Origin: a virus
Lineage: Duplodnaviria > Caudoviricetes
Length of the DNA: 64,000 bases
Strand: one strand, 5' to 3'
Virus record (IMG/VR): IMGVR_UViG_3300033145_002707
Coordinates: 5,218-69,217 of that record
How positions within the stretch are numbered: position 1 is the first letter of the stretch; each line of letters starts with the position of its first letter. Made by a program: the position numbers and the translations under genes. The notes below the pieces were generated by a model that searched no databases, had not been told where the DNA came from, and was given only the letters and a program-made list of their open reading frames with translations. This document shows, piece by piece, positions 45,444-55,523 of this stretch.

Positions 45444-46533
45444 AATCGTTAAATGTCAAAACTCCCAAAACATGAACTTGGTTAACAGCTGCTGTTGGAT
45501 CAACAATTGGAGAAACAAGAGTATGCTTTTCCTCATCAGTAGCAAGGCTTATCGCTTCTGATATTGCAGACAAATAGAGTGTCTCACCAGGGCCACCATC
45601 ACGATAAAATAAATCCTCCAACTGCTGTTGAACTGCCGCTTGAACTGCTGATGTATTTGGACTAATATTTATAGTCAATGCAACAGCAAGCTCTGAAAGT
45701 GCAACGACAAAGAATCCTGGCTCAGCTGTTACAGGGATGCCAATTTCCTCACCAGTTATTGGATCTTGGTGAGAAACAATATAGTCATATACTGCTGTTC
45801 TCTCAGCCAGACTTGGTATAATTGAAACATCATCATCCCTTGTAAAAGCAAGCCCAATGGTGCCAATCCCCATATATTGCGGAAATGCCCATGCCCTTGT
45901 AACACCTGACACTTCTTTTGCCCATGCTTCATAATCAAATTCTGCTCCACCATGAGGTGGTAGCCTTTTCCTTGCAAGAATCCTTAACCTGTAATCATCA
46001 TCATCCTCAATGTCTGATCCACCTGACAATTCATCTACATTAACAGTAACAGTTGAATCAATTCCAACAATTGGTGAAACAAATGACAAAACTGCTGCGG
46101 CATCTTCATTCCCAGCAGAACCAGCAAGACTTGCAGTCAAATCAATTGTTGCTATGCCAAGAGCAATAGTAACAGCAGCATCAGTCACATATATTTGGCC
46201 ATCTGTAGATTGCAATTCAGAGCCAACTGGAATAACAACACCATTAGTGCCTATTGCATTTGCTTTCCCAGTTGCTTTCACTGCTGCTTTTCGTGAAATA
46301 CCATACTCGCTCCCTATTGATTCAAGCCTTTCAGTGTCTGCTTTCAAAGCAAATAGCTGGTCAGCCTGATACCCTAAAAACCCATACAGCAAATGGACTG
46401 CTCCAGCATATACTGTTGCCATAGCTTTAAGGACAGATCGTCTTAAAAAACTATTTGCACCATTAATCTCCACCTCAAAATCGTGTGCTATTCTGTCAGC
46501 TATCGTTTGTAATCCAGGTCTATTAAAGGGCAT
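45436..46533 (-). CDS. Baseplate J-like protein (Mu gp47-like)
   Basis: GGSDIEDDDDYRLR, PPHGGA..DYEAWA.EVSGVTRAW. Confidence 0.9.
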   Translation of the reverse strand: MPFNRPGLQTIADRIAHDFEVEINGANSFLRRSVLKAMATVYAGAVHLLYGFLGYQADQLFALKADTERLESIGSEYGISRKAAVKATGKANAIGTNGVVIPVGSELQSTDGQIYVTDAAVTIALGIATIDLTASLAGSAGNEDAAAVLSFVSPIVGIDSTVTVNVDELSGGSDIEDDDDYRLRILARKRLPPHGGAEFDYEAWAKEVSGVTRAWAFPQYMGIGTIGLAFTRDDDVSIIPSLAERTAVYDYIVSHQDPITGEEIGIPVTAEPGFFVVALSELAVALTINISPNTSAVQAAVQQQLEDLFYRDGGPGETLYLSAISEAISLATDEEKHTLVSPIVDPTAAVNQVHVLGVLTFNDYV

Positions 46534-47002
46534 TTTCCTGTGCCTCCCATTGCTGATTGAACGAAATATTCAATGTAGTAGTATCTTTATATATTTTCAC
46601 CAAAAAAGCCAATGTTGGCTGAACGACTGTGCCTGCTCGTTCAACTTCAACCTCTATTTTTTTAGTTATATTATCATCAATCATCCATTGCAACGACTCT
46701 AAAATATATTGCTTAGCTCTAACCAAAGTTTCCTCAGTTGTTTTGTTTCTCTCAAGTAACCATAGCTTAGAACCAATGCGATCATACTCAATCCCTGAAA
46801 CAAGATCACCCCACCAACCTCTATTCCCTCTGTTTGGATCAGGTAATATGTCATCAGCATTGGCTTTTGCATCTGTGAATAATGAAACTATAGCAGCTGT
46901 TTCTAAGCCGTCATCATGCTCCAAATCATTATTCTCAAAACCAAAATCACCTTCCATCAAATCTGTATCCCATGATATTCGTATGTCTGTAGGATTAGAC
47001 AT
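46523..47002 (-). CDS. Mu gp46-like baseplate protein
   Basis: GLETAAIVSLFTD, RGWWGD, GSKLWLL.R.K. Confidence 0.9.
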   Translation of the reverse strand: MSNPTDIRISWDTDLMEGDFGFENNDLEHDDGLETAAIVSLFTDAKANADDILPDPNRGNRGWWGDLVSGIEYDRIGSKLWLLERNKTTEETLVRAKQYILESLQWMIDDNITKKIEVEVERAGTVVQPTLAFLVKIYKDTTTLNISFNQQWEAQENAL

Positions 47003-47528
47003 ATTCAACCTCAGAGTGTCTTCTTAATTTATGATGTAAAGTAGCATGGCATGATATACAAAGAGTTTGTAAATTATCTGGATGACAGTTCTCTGAATTA
47101 CAATCTTTATGATGCAACTGAAGATTAGGATATTCCCTCCCATTAATGTCTTTTTTAATTTCAAATTCTACACCACACCTCTCACATCTATCTTTCAGCA
47201 GATCATCCTTATATTCCTTATCACTCCAAGCATCACAATATCCATCTGTTCTACACCGCATATTTCCTATAGCTATTTTTTGTTTTGTCTCATCAGATAA
47301 TTTTTTGCCGATGTTGGCAGCACCTATCTTTGCTTTTGTTTCAGCAGAAAAAGATTTACGTTTTTTACCAAGTTTTGCCAAACTTATTTTCTTACCAGTT
47401 CCTTTTGAAACCACCTTGCCTATACTATTGTGGCCACTTATAAATTTTCTATATTTTCCTCTATACATAGTTACAGTTTGACCACATCCGCAAGTACAAA
47501 ACTTATCATTTTTTTCATTGATAACCAT
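46995..47528 (-). mobile_element. Free-standing NUMOD3/HNH homing endonuclease gene
   Basis: CTCGCG, SAETKAKI and SDETKQKI repeats, CERC, LHH.D...N..P.NL.TLC..CH. Confidence 0.85.
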
Positions 47529-48056
47529 TTAGTTTGCCTTTGTAATTATTGTTGTATCTGTGTCTTCAACCATTAATGCATTTGGAACACCAGTATTCCC
47601 ACCTGCTGGACTTATATGAGTATGAACATTAAAAATATCCATAGCCAGTTTATTTAACAACTTATTCAATGTTCCAGCAACATCACCAATTTTTATTTCA
47701 GCTCCTTCAACTTCAATAATTCCACCAGCTTTCAAAAGAACCCTGTGTCCTTCTGAATGATATTGTGCAACCTCTCCAGGTGCCAAGTCAGTTGGCCTAT
47801 GTCGTTTGTCGTGAACACACAAAACAATTCCATTATCTCTGTTACCATTTATAAACACACAAACTGCTTCAGCTTCAACATAAGGATAGCTTTCGAATCC
47901 GTATTCTTGAAATCTTTCAATATCAGTTATTGTTTCACCAGATAAACCAACCACCTGTAGTTTTTGAGTTGATTCACTGTTGTCAATAGCCTTCAAAATA
48001 GACCGACCAATGATCAAATATATTCTATTTTTTAAAGCTGCTATTATTCTTTTCAT
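47529..48056 (-). CDS. Baseplate spike (Mu gp45-like)
   Basis: ERFQEYGF.S.P, GGxR.NG.V, L.PGEVAQY, HTH. Confidence 0.9.
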   Translation of the reverse strand: MKRIIAALKNRIYLIIGRSILKAIDNSESTQKLQVVGLSGETITDIERFQEYGFESYPYVEAEAVCVFINGNRDNGIVLCVHDKRHRPTDLAPGEVAQYHSEGHRVLLKAGGIIEVEGAEIKIGDVAGTLNKLLNKLAMDIFNVHTHISPAGGNTGVPNALMVEDTDTTIITKAN

Positions 48057-49138
48057 TGGGACACCTGAGTATTTGGATCAAACCTTTTGTCTGATGGTCC
48101 TTTTATTTTAACAGATTCTGGTTTTAATTCATAGGTATCAGGGTGAACAAGGGTGATAGATGTTTCACTTCCACCTTCAGTCAGTGAAAAGGATAGGTCA
48201 GAAATTAAATATTCCTTGTTAATATTCAAAAAATCATCCTTCACTTCGGCAATCTGATTTATTTTCCAAGGTTCATCGTTAGACTGCAACCATCCTTGAA
48301 CAACATAGTTTAATGATCTGCTTCGTCCTGCCCTATTCCTTGCTTCCCACCTGGCCAAGTTCTTTGCTCCAGCATTATCAACTGATTTATCGGACAAGAA
48401 AACAATAGGTTTATATCTGTTTATCACATCATCTTCAAGATTTCCAATAGGCTGTGTATAATCAACAAGTGTCAAATTGTCGTTTCCAGAACTTTGTGCC
48501 TTTACAATATAATTTGAGAATCTATCCATATCATTCTGATTTAAATTTCCGACTTTTATATTCTCACCAAACACAAATGTATCTGCTGCTCTGGTTACAC
48601 CTGCTCTTGTCAATGTCAATTGGCCATCGCCAAAAGTCAAGGGCAAAACAGCCTTGTTTTCACAAAGCCTTAGTATTGCTTCAGAAACAGTTTCACCTTC
48701 ATTGGTCTTAAATGATTTTTCTTTTTTACTAACATCAGCTGCTACAGAATCATCTACAACAACTGTTATATCATATGGTGCACAAAGCCTTTTGATAATA
48801 GATTCAACAGATATATTTTTCCATTCATTGGTACCACTGACAAAAGAACAATCAACCAGGTCAGATGTTTTGTCTCTGCCCATTATCTGAATATTATGTG
48901 AGGTAGCATCATAGCCAACATTTACTTGATCAATATAGCCAGTGATAAGCACTGTTCCACTGAGCAGAACCTCACATTTATCACCCATCTTAATTTGCCA
49001 ATCAGTCAATTGGCCAGGAAAAAGGTCTGTCGCTGTAAAGCCAAAAGCACCAGCAAGCTGGTTCATGGATAAATCAACCTGTAAAGATTTCCATCCACCA
49101 TATAAAATACCATTTACATTCAGTTCAATGTCACTCAC
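48053..49138 (-). CDS. Baseplate hub (Mu gp44/GpP-like)
   Basis: YGGWKS, ITGYID, GRDKT.DLVDCS, RFS.Y.V. Confidence 0.9.
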   Translation of the reverse strand: MSDIELNVNGILYGGWKSLQVDLSMNQLAGAFGFTATDLFPGQLTDWQIKMGDKCEVLLSGTVLITGYIDQVNVGYDATSHNIQIMGRDKTSDLVDCSFVSGTNEWKNISVESIIKRLCAPYDITVVVDDSVAADVSKKEKSFKTNEGETVSEAILRLCENKAVLPLTFGDGQLTLTRAGVTRAADTFVFGENIKVGNLNQNDMDRFSNYIVKAQSSGNDNLTLVDYTQPIGNLEDDVINRYKPIVFLSDKSVDNAGAKNLARWEARNRAGRSRSLNYVVQGWLQSNDEPWKINQIAEVKDDFLNINKEYLISDLSFSLTEGGSETSITLVHPDTYELKPESVKIKGPSDKRFDPNTQVSQ

Positions 49139-49201
49139 TTAATAATCTCCGTAGTTTTTTCTGACATCTTTCGGCCAATACGAACCATGGTTATTCCCTC
49201 A

Positions 49202-50602
49202 TTATTCACTTAAAACTTCTATTTGTTGTCCACCAGGCATAAACCCTGGATGTCTTACCAACGGAACATTTCTTACAAAAATGCTTTCACATCTGTCCAA
49301 ATCGTCATATAGGTTATAGGAAAGCTCCAAAGATGACACAACACCAGCACCAATCTCAAATGCAACAACATTGGCAAAGGTCGCTCCAATCTGTTTCATT
49401 GATTTGATAAAAATTCTTTTTGCTTCCTTCAACGAGTTATAAGTAGTTTCATCAAATATACTCAAACCATATTTGGTGAAAAGGGTACTATCAGCATCAT
49501 TGCCCATGTCCAGAAGTAATGCATCAATTGCTTTAGTAATTTTTGTCATAGTATCAAACGAATTTTCAAAGCTATAATAATCAATCCTAACCGCCACCTG
49601 TGTAGCTTTCAACAAAATTGCAGCTCTTATTGTGTTTGTATAAGCAACCCTGTTGGCCTTTTCCTGTGCCCTTATATAATTGTCAACAGGGATTTCTTCA
49701 ACTTGCCCACCGTATGGTGAAGGATCATCAATCTCAGGCAATTCACCAAAACGATTCACTTCAACCATTGCTTTAACACAAGAAGTGCCTATTGTATTGT
49801 CTATTTTATCGCCTGACTTAAAACGATTGGTCGTCAGCCCACTGCATACTCCGACCGACAAACTTGAAAAGGTATCACCAGCCAACCCAACCAACTTAAA
49901 AAATTCGTTGGTTGCTCCAATTACAATGCTGGCAAGCTCGCATGGACTACTAATAACTGATGCCAATAACGATTTGGCAGATTCTATGCCAGCTAAAGCA
50001 TCTGAAACTGTTGAAGAAATGGTATCCTTCACTGAAACAACTGTTGCTTTCATCATATCAAAAGCACTCGTAACATCAGTCACTGCTTGAGTTACAGCAA
50101 ACCCTGGCATATTGGTTTGAGTATATTTAGCATCAGTCACATCTCCCAAACTATCAAGGCTTATATCAGCGATATCATCAACCGCACCAACATTATCCTG
50201 AGGTGACTGTGGGAACTTATTTTTGCCCGCCTGAACAAATGTTATTGAAAATCTGGCAATGCCACCCTCTTCAAACGATTCAGATATTCTTGCTTTGCCT
50301 AAAACAGCAACAGTCAGTTCTCCCAAAAATGGATGAATCAGTGTACCTGAACCTGAGCCTTTAATGGCAGCAATCAATGCATCACGTTCACCAAAATAAT
50401 CAAAACTGTTTTCTCTGTTTTGAAGTATATAAGCATTGATAGAAAACTCGTCAGCATCAGCACCAAGATCTTCAACATAAGGCACATCTTTAAATGGATA
50501 TTGATGAAGAACATTTCTCCTGCCAACACCAGTATCTGCATCCATTACTTTAAATGGAACACCTCTAAAACTTGCCTGCTGTAAATTCTTCATCCAAGAC
50601 AT
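49202..50602 (-). CDS. DNA circularisation protein (Mu gp43/N-like)
   Basis: ASFRGVPF, GRR...HQYP...PYVEDLG, G.LIHPFLGE, HPGF.PG. Confidence 0.9.
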   Translation of the reverse strand: MSWMKNLQQASFRGVPFKVMDADTGVGRRNVLHQYPFKDVPYVEDLGADADEFSINAYILQNRENSFDYFGERDALIAAIKGSGSGTLIHPFLGELTVAVLGKARISESFEEGGIARFSITFVQAGKNKFPQSPQDNVGAVDDIADISLDSLGDVTDAKYTQTNMPGFAVTQAVTDVTSAFDMMKATVVSVKDTISSTVSDALAGIESAKSLLASVISSPCELASIVIGATNEFFKLVGLAGDTFSSLSVGVCSGLTTNRFKSGDKIDNTIGTSCVKAMVEVNRFGELPEIDDPSPYGGQVEEIPVDNYIRAQEKANRVAYTNTIRAAILLKATQVAVRIDYYSFENSFDTMTKITKAIDALLLDMGNDADSTLFTKYGLSIFDETTYNSLKEAKRIFIKSMKQIGATFANVVAFEIGAGVVSSLELSYNLYDDLDRCESIFVRNVPLVRHPGFMPGGQQIEVLSE

Positions 50603-51780
50603 TAATGTGCTCCTACGTATGCTTCAGTAGCAATATTGACATTTGGATTGCCAGATATATTCGTAACTTTCTCAACCACTGCCGTTGAATCTTTATCACT
50701 CATGACCTTTATTTTAATTTCAGTTTGCTGTGTTGCTCCTGGAAATAGCTGATTGGCACTTGCAATTGCTTCTTGGTGAGTTCTTTCTGAACCTGCAGAT
50801 TCAATGCCTCCCACAACCTTAGCAGTAGTTACACCAATAAATTTTCCTATCGCTCCAACAACTTTGGCTATCCCAAGAGCCATGTCCATCAGCATTTTGA
50901 CTGTCTCACCAAAACCAGCTATAAGTTCTTTATTCTCTCCAACCCAAGTGCTCATCTTCTCAACAACCTCTGTCATCCTTGGTAACAACGGGATAAGAGC
51001 TGTTGATATGAATCCTTGGATTGACTTCTTTAAAAGATTTACTGCATCATTAAATTTTTCACTCTGCCTAATTACTTTCTCTGGTATTACACCACCCTTT
51101 GATTTAAGTTGATCGCCAAATTCCTTCAGCCCTTTGGAACCACCTCTCAAGGTATTAATCATCTTGATACCAGACCGACCAAACATCCCATATAGAATGT
51201 CTGCTCTTGCTGTTTCATTAGTCATATTGGCAGTTTTGTCAGCAACCTCATCAAGGATTTGTCTCATTGGCTTCATCTGCCCATTTGAATCCTTCAAACC
51301 AATTTTCAATTTGACCAAGCCATCATACATTTCACCAGTACCATCTTGAGCCTCACCCATACGCCTATTAAACTGCTCAAGTGACTTATCCATCTCAGCT
51401 GTAGACAACCCAGTCTGCTCTCCAGCAAATCTTAATTTTTGAAGCTCTTCAGTCGTTATGCCAATTCTATCAGCAGTTTTGCCAATTATATCAGCCATAC
51501 CAGTGAATCTTTTAATTATAAGGAGAGCTGCAGCACCAGCAATACCAAGGCCAACAGCCATCTTTGTTCCCATTGACCGTATCCTGGCAGCAGCCCTTTT
51601 AGCAGCAGCACCAAGTTTTTTCAATCTCCTTATGGATGCCTTAGAAAAGGCAGCAATCTTGCTCCTGACCTTATCAATTGGGCCACCCATCTTTGACATC
51701 TGTGCAGCAACTTTCTTTATAGGAGCAGTAGCCTTGTCAACGACTTTAAATATGACACTCAAATTGAAAGTTTTTGCCAT
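50602..51780 (-). CDS. Tape measure protein (short, 392 aa)
   Basis: Ala/Gly/Lys-rich helical protein after the tail chaperone. Confidence 0.8.
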   Translation of the reverse strand: MAKTFNLSVIFKVVDKATAPIKKVAAQMSKMGGPIDKVRSKIAAFSKASIRRLKKLGAAAKRAAARIRSMGTKMAVGLGIAGAAALLIIKRFTGMADIIGKTADRIGITTEELQKLRFAGEQTGLSTAEMDKSLEQFNRRMGEAQDGTGEMYDGLVKLKIGLKDSNGQMKPMRQILDEVADKTANMTNETARADILYGMFGRSGIKMINTLRGGSKGLKEFGDQLKSKGGVIPEKVIRQSEKFNDAVNLLKKSIQGFISTALIPLLPRMTEVVEKMSTWVGENKELIAGFGETVKMLMDMALGIAKVVGAIGKFIGVTTAKVVGGIESAGSERTHQEAIASANQLFPGATQQTEIKIKVMSDKDSTAVVEKVTNISGNPNVNIATEAYVGAH

Positions 51781-51920
51781 GAATTAATCCTCTCCATACC
51801 TTCCTGCCAAAACATCAGTTCTTCAATTTCCATTTCCCAAACACTTTCTGGAGGAAACCTGTAATAATATGTTATTCCCCAGATCAAGTCTTTCCAGTCC
51901 TGAGGAATTATGCTAAAAAA
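51759..51920 (-). other. Programmed -1 frameshift site and G-T chaperone extension
   Basis: T TTT TTA heptamer (51914-51920) before the stop; the -1 frame reads FSIIPQDWKDLIWGITYYYRFPPESVWEMEIEELMFW, a P2 gpE'-like pattern. Confidence 0.85.
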
Positions 51921-52213
51921 TCCTGAACCTTGTCACATATAGCAGACAAATCATCAAAGTCAAGTTCTCCGACCAGCTCTTCATCAAGCCCACTTAAAGC
52001 ATGTACCAGCGGGATAATATCTTGAGGCTTTACATTCTTGCCTTCATCCTCAAACATAGAATCAGGAAATAGCTGAAAATGCTTGGCCTTCAAACGACCA
52101 AGAGTCAGTTCTTCAATTATAAATTCCTGCTTACCATCATTCTTTATCAATGGATATTTAAGCTGGACTTTCACTGTTTTCGGTTTAGGCTTTTTAATTC
52201 TTTTCGCTACCAT
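51908..52213 (-). CDS. Tail assembly chaperone (G protein)
   Basis: ELTLGRLKAK...LSGL...GELD..DL; position between tube and tape measure genes. Confidence 0.8.
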   Translation of the reverse strand: MVAKRIKKPKPKTVKVQLKYPLIKNDGKQEFIIEELTLGRLKAKHFQLFPDSMFEDEGKNVKPQDIIPLVHALSGLDEELVGELDFDDLSAICDKVQDFLA

Positions 52214-52605
52214 TATGTCTCACTCTTCGTCTCAACCCATGCAGCACCTTGGAATATGAGACCAGTTTCTCCTTCACCACCAGTTAGAGTGAAGTTGCCA
52301 AGACATGTTGCATTGTTCATAGTATAAACTTTGCCTCCGCCTGCCGATCTGAATATCACAGTCCCATCACCATTAATGCTTGCCAAATCTGATAATAAAA
52401 TGTCATTCCGGTCGGTAATAGTCACCTCACACTGAGCCATGATCGGATTTTGTGTAAAACCATGCAAACCAGTATCTCCAACTACTGCTGCCCTCTCAAA
52501 AGCAGGCTCTCCAGAAATTCCAATTCCTGATGCAACAGCCCCAGGCTTGTTTAGCAAAAGCTCTCCATTCACTAAAACCTCAATTCTACCAGTAATTTTC
52601 CCCAT
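52213..52605 (-). CDS. Tail tube protein (Mu gpM-like)
   Basis: Position after the sheath; RAAVVGDTGLHGF. Confidence 0.85.
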   Translation of the reverse strand: MGKITGRIEVLVNGELLLNKPGAVASGIGISGEPAFERAAVVGDTGLHGFTQNPIMAQCEVTITDRNDILLSDLASINGDGTVIFRSAGGGKVYTMNNATCLGNFTLTGGEGETGLIFQGAAWVETKSET

Positions 52606-52635
52606 AACAAATTCTCCTTTTTTAAAAATAAGAAA

Positions 52636-52695
52636 AGGCCAACTAAATAATTTAAGAAAAGCTACATCTGTTTTCTAAAAATTATCAGTTGGCCT
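52636..52695 (-). terminator. Long imperfect hairpin between sheath and tube genes
   Basis: AGGCCAACT...AGTTGGCCT with inner AT-rich pairs, followed by a T-rich run on the minus strand. Confidence 0.55.
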
Positions 52696-52737
52696 CCTAA
52701 AAGTAGCCTAATACTAATAATCAAGCAACTGTTTATT

Positions 52738-54264
52738 TTAAAGTATGAACTGCAACAAACCGGCTAACACCCTGAACTGATTAATCAGGTCTGGTGGTAA
52801 GAGCACATCAACCCTGTTCCGGTCAGTTGCGTTTCTTTCAACTATAATGTTTGTTACAAACTCTTCCAAATTTTCAATCAAACCAACATTCCTAAGATCC
52901 GTAAACAAAGCGATCGTTTCAGCCTTGATAGTCTTTGGTGTAACAATTTTGCTCCCTGGCTGTACAGGAAATGTGTCATCTGCCAGCTTAAATCTTGGAG
53001 TGATGAACCTATTCTCCATTCTCACTTTATACTGATACCTGATTTCACTCAAAGTGGCAAGAGTTTGAATATCAAGATAACTTGGATCGGGATTTCCTGC
53101 TGAGTTTTTCTGATACGTTGTAATACACCTCTCAATGAGCACATTGGATGAAGTATCAGTTATCCAAGTTGCAATACCATCATAGAGTACAATATCACGC
53201 TCAGCCCTTGTGAACCTATTTTCTATCGGAGGGGCAAGAACATCTTTCAGCTTGAGGAATTGCAAAGGTCTTGCTGGATCATTATTCAAATTCCAAGCAG
53301 CTACAGCACCAATAGCTGCAGCCCATTCCTCTGGAGCAGTTGGAGAATCGTATGCTCCAACAATCGTGTTATGAGGTGAATTCCTTCCATTACCAAGAGT
53401 TGTACAACTTGCCAATGTTCCTCTGACAGCAGTGAAACCATGGCCTTGCATATCAATGAGTGGCCCAAACCTATCTTCAAGTTCAGCTTCAATTTCAGTC
53501 AGATTTGGTGCATCAGTATAAGGCTGAATTATATAATGGAATTGCTCATCATCTATCACAGCCCAAGCATCTCCAAGGTCAGGATCAGTTGTTCCACCAA
53601 GCATTGAAATCATTGATATTATAGCAGACACCCTTGAGAATATACTTTCGTTAGCTGACTGGCCTTCATAATAATTCATCCTGACATCAAGATAATTGCC
53701 TACAGTACCAGAGCAAACAGCACTTAGATGCAAAGCACTTTCACCAACAAGGTTATTTTGTTCAGCTACAACTGGTAGTGTTGAATCAAGATTTATCAAT
53801 GCTTTCAAACCAGCTACAATTCCACTTGCGCTTTGACCTGATGCTATCGCATACTTGAACTCTGTACCATTTATCATAAGATAAAAAGTACCAACCCCTG
53901 AACACCCAGCAGGTGCTTCCATAGCATTGGAAACATCCATATGCATAGATGCAGCAACACCACCATCGGCACTCAAAGCCATTGCATACAATTCTGTATT
54001 TGGATTATTCTCTTTGAATGTTTTACACATACGAGCCAGAATGGAACCATTCCCAAAATATCCATCTGCAAGGTTGTCGTTAGTGATAGCCTTTAGTGTC
54101 TCAACAACAGCAGTACCACCAACTGCCAGCTTTTGGCCAAGTATCAAAACTTTATGTGGATTCTGGATAAGTCCTTGCAAAGCCCTTGAGTTATCCACCT
54201 CGACATAAGCACCAGGGGTTCTAATGGTCGTTGGGATGTTGCTAAATGATATAGCCATATCCAT
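52738..54264 (-). CDS. Tail sheath protein (Mu gpL-like)
   Basis: IRTPGAYVEVDNS, DPARPLQ.L.L, GIAT, D.SYLD..T..TL, NRVDVLLPPDL. Confidence 0.93.
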   Translation of the reverse strand: MDMAISFSNIPTTIRTPGAYVEVDNSRALQGLIQNPHKVLILGQKLAVGGTAVVETLKAITNDNLADGYFGNGSILARMCKTFKENNPNTELYAMALSADGGVAASMHMDVSNAMEAPAGCSGVGTFYLMINGTEFKYAIASGQSASGIVAGLKALINLDSTLPVVAEQNNLVGESALHLSAVCSGTVGNYLDVRMNYYEGQSANESIFSRVSAIISMISMLGGTTDPDLGDAWAVIDDEQFHYIIQPYTDAPNLTEIEAELEDRFGPLIDMQGHGFTAVRGTLASCTTLGNGRNSPHNTIVGAYDSPTAPEEWAAAIGAVAAWNLNNDPARPLQFLKLKDVLAPPIENRFTRAERDIVLYDGIATWITDTSSNVLIERCITTYQKNSAGNPDPSYLDIQTLATLSEIRYQYKVRMENRFITPRFKLADDTFPVQPGSKIVTPKTIKAETIALFTDLRNVGLIENLEEFVTNIIVERNATDRNRVDVLLPPDLINQFRVLAGLLQFIL

Positions 54265-54284
54265 TCCTCCTTATGTTTTCTTTG

Positions 54285-54455
54285 TTATTCTGATTTTATT
54301 TTTTTAGGAGGTTGGCCAATTGCACAATCACCACATTTAACACGTCTCCTCCAGTATCGACTCCACAGCTTAATTTCACCAACTTCAGCCAAAGGAATTT
54401 TTGTATCTAAATCTCTGACCAGCAAGCCTTTTCTTGGAATTAAGAATTTTGTCAT
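54285..54455 (-). CDS. DUF2635 (Mu gp38-like) protein
   Basis: P.KGL.VRD...YWRRR..CGD. Confidence 0.75.
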   Translation of the reverse strand: MTKFLIPRKGLLVRDLDTKIPLAEVGEIKLWSRYWRRRVKCGDCAIGQPPKKIKSE

Positions 54456-54459
54456 GATA

Positions 54460-55062
54460 TTATTCCTCTTCGATTTCCTGTTCAGCATCGACATTATCTG
54501 AATCAGTTGGCAATCTATCTGATGGCCTATCAACTATATCACCAATGTTATCATACTTTTCTCCATCTGCCAAGATGTACTGAGCCCAAAGCCTTTTGAA
54601 CTCTGGCAAATCACCCATATCAACACCATCATCAGTGTCTATTCTTACATCTGCAGCAAATTCAAACTGGTACCAGAGCTGTACCCTGTTGATTCCTACA
54701 ACCTTGCCACCAATATATGTCACAAGACTTTCAAAACCATCCATCTGCCAACCGAGCAAAGCCTTGAATAAATCTTTTCTAACATTAAATAAAGTATCAT
54801 ATGCAGTCAGGCCTGTCTTATCTTTTTGTGAAAGAGCATTGTCAAGCATGACGATAACGCCAAATCTTTCTGTAATGATTTGACTTATACCTCCGTCAAC
54901 ATTATTTTCAGTGACAACTTCATCAAGCTGAACAACAAATGCTGCTTCTTTTTGAAGCATTCCTTGTTCAGTGGCAACAGCAAATTCAGCAGCACCAGCA
55001 ACATTATCTCCAAACCTTGTGCTGCCTGTTCTTATTTTTATGACAATTGGAGCCAGTTTCAT
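54460..55062 (-). CDS. Tail terminator (Mu gp37-like)
   Basis: LFKALLGWQ, LWYQFEF; position. Confidence 0.7.
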   Translation of the reverse strand: MKLAPIVIKIRTGSTRFGDNVAGAAEFAVATEQGMLQKEAAFVVQLDEVVTENNVDGGISQIITERFGVIVMLDNALSQKDKTGLTAYDTLFNVRKDLFKALLGWQMDGFESLVTYIGGKVVGINRVQLWYQFEFAADVRIDTDDGVDMGDLPEFKRLWAQYILADGEKYDNIGDIVDRPSDRLPTDSDNVDAEQEIEEE

Positions 55063-55523
55063 TTACCACCAATCGCTTTCTCTATAGTTCTGGTTACATC
55101 CTTGCCAACAGCATTTATAATTGCATCTCTATGCTCTTCAATGGCTGGTTCTAAGAAGGGTCTTGCCTTCATTTTGCTCGTGCCTTCTTCAAGCAGCTCT
55201 GCATAAGGTGCTCCTGCCTCTGCACCAACTTCCATTTCCATGCCCCTAACATCAAAAACAATAGACCTCAACAATTCACCACTATCAACAGCAGGTGCCT
55301 CACCAGGTGCTGATGCTCTATGAGCCTTGCCACCCCTGAGATAAAAATTTCCTGACTTCTTTTCTCTTGCCATTGACTTTATAATAGTGTTTCTTATGGT
55401 GTTAGCACCAACTGTCAGCCTTCTTTTGATTTTCTCAGGCATCTCTATAGCAACACCATCAAGCCTTTTAGCAATTGCTGTCAGCTCTACATTCATCATA
55501 TCCATGCCTTTAAGCTCAATCAT
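55059..55523 (-). CDS. HK97 gp10-like neck protein
   Basis: ASAPGEAPAVDSGEL..SI, LEEGTSKMKARPFL.PA. Confidence 0.85.
   Translation of the reverse strand: MIELKGMDMMNVELTAIAKRLDGVAIEMPEKIKRRLTVGANTIRNTIIKSMAREKKSGNFYLRGGKAHRASAPGEAPAVDSGELLRSIVFDVRGMEMEVGAEAGAPYAELLEEGTSKMKARPFLEPAIEEHRDAIINAVGKDVTRTIEKAIGGK

Noticed and set aside
49142-49201. 17-aa micro-ORF (MVRIGRKMSEKTTEIIK) between the gp43- and gp44-like genes
   Set aside because: Too short to support without homologs
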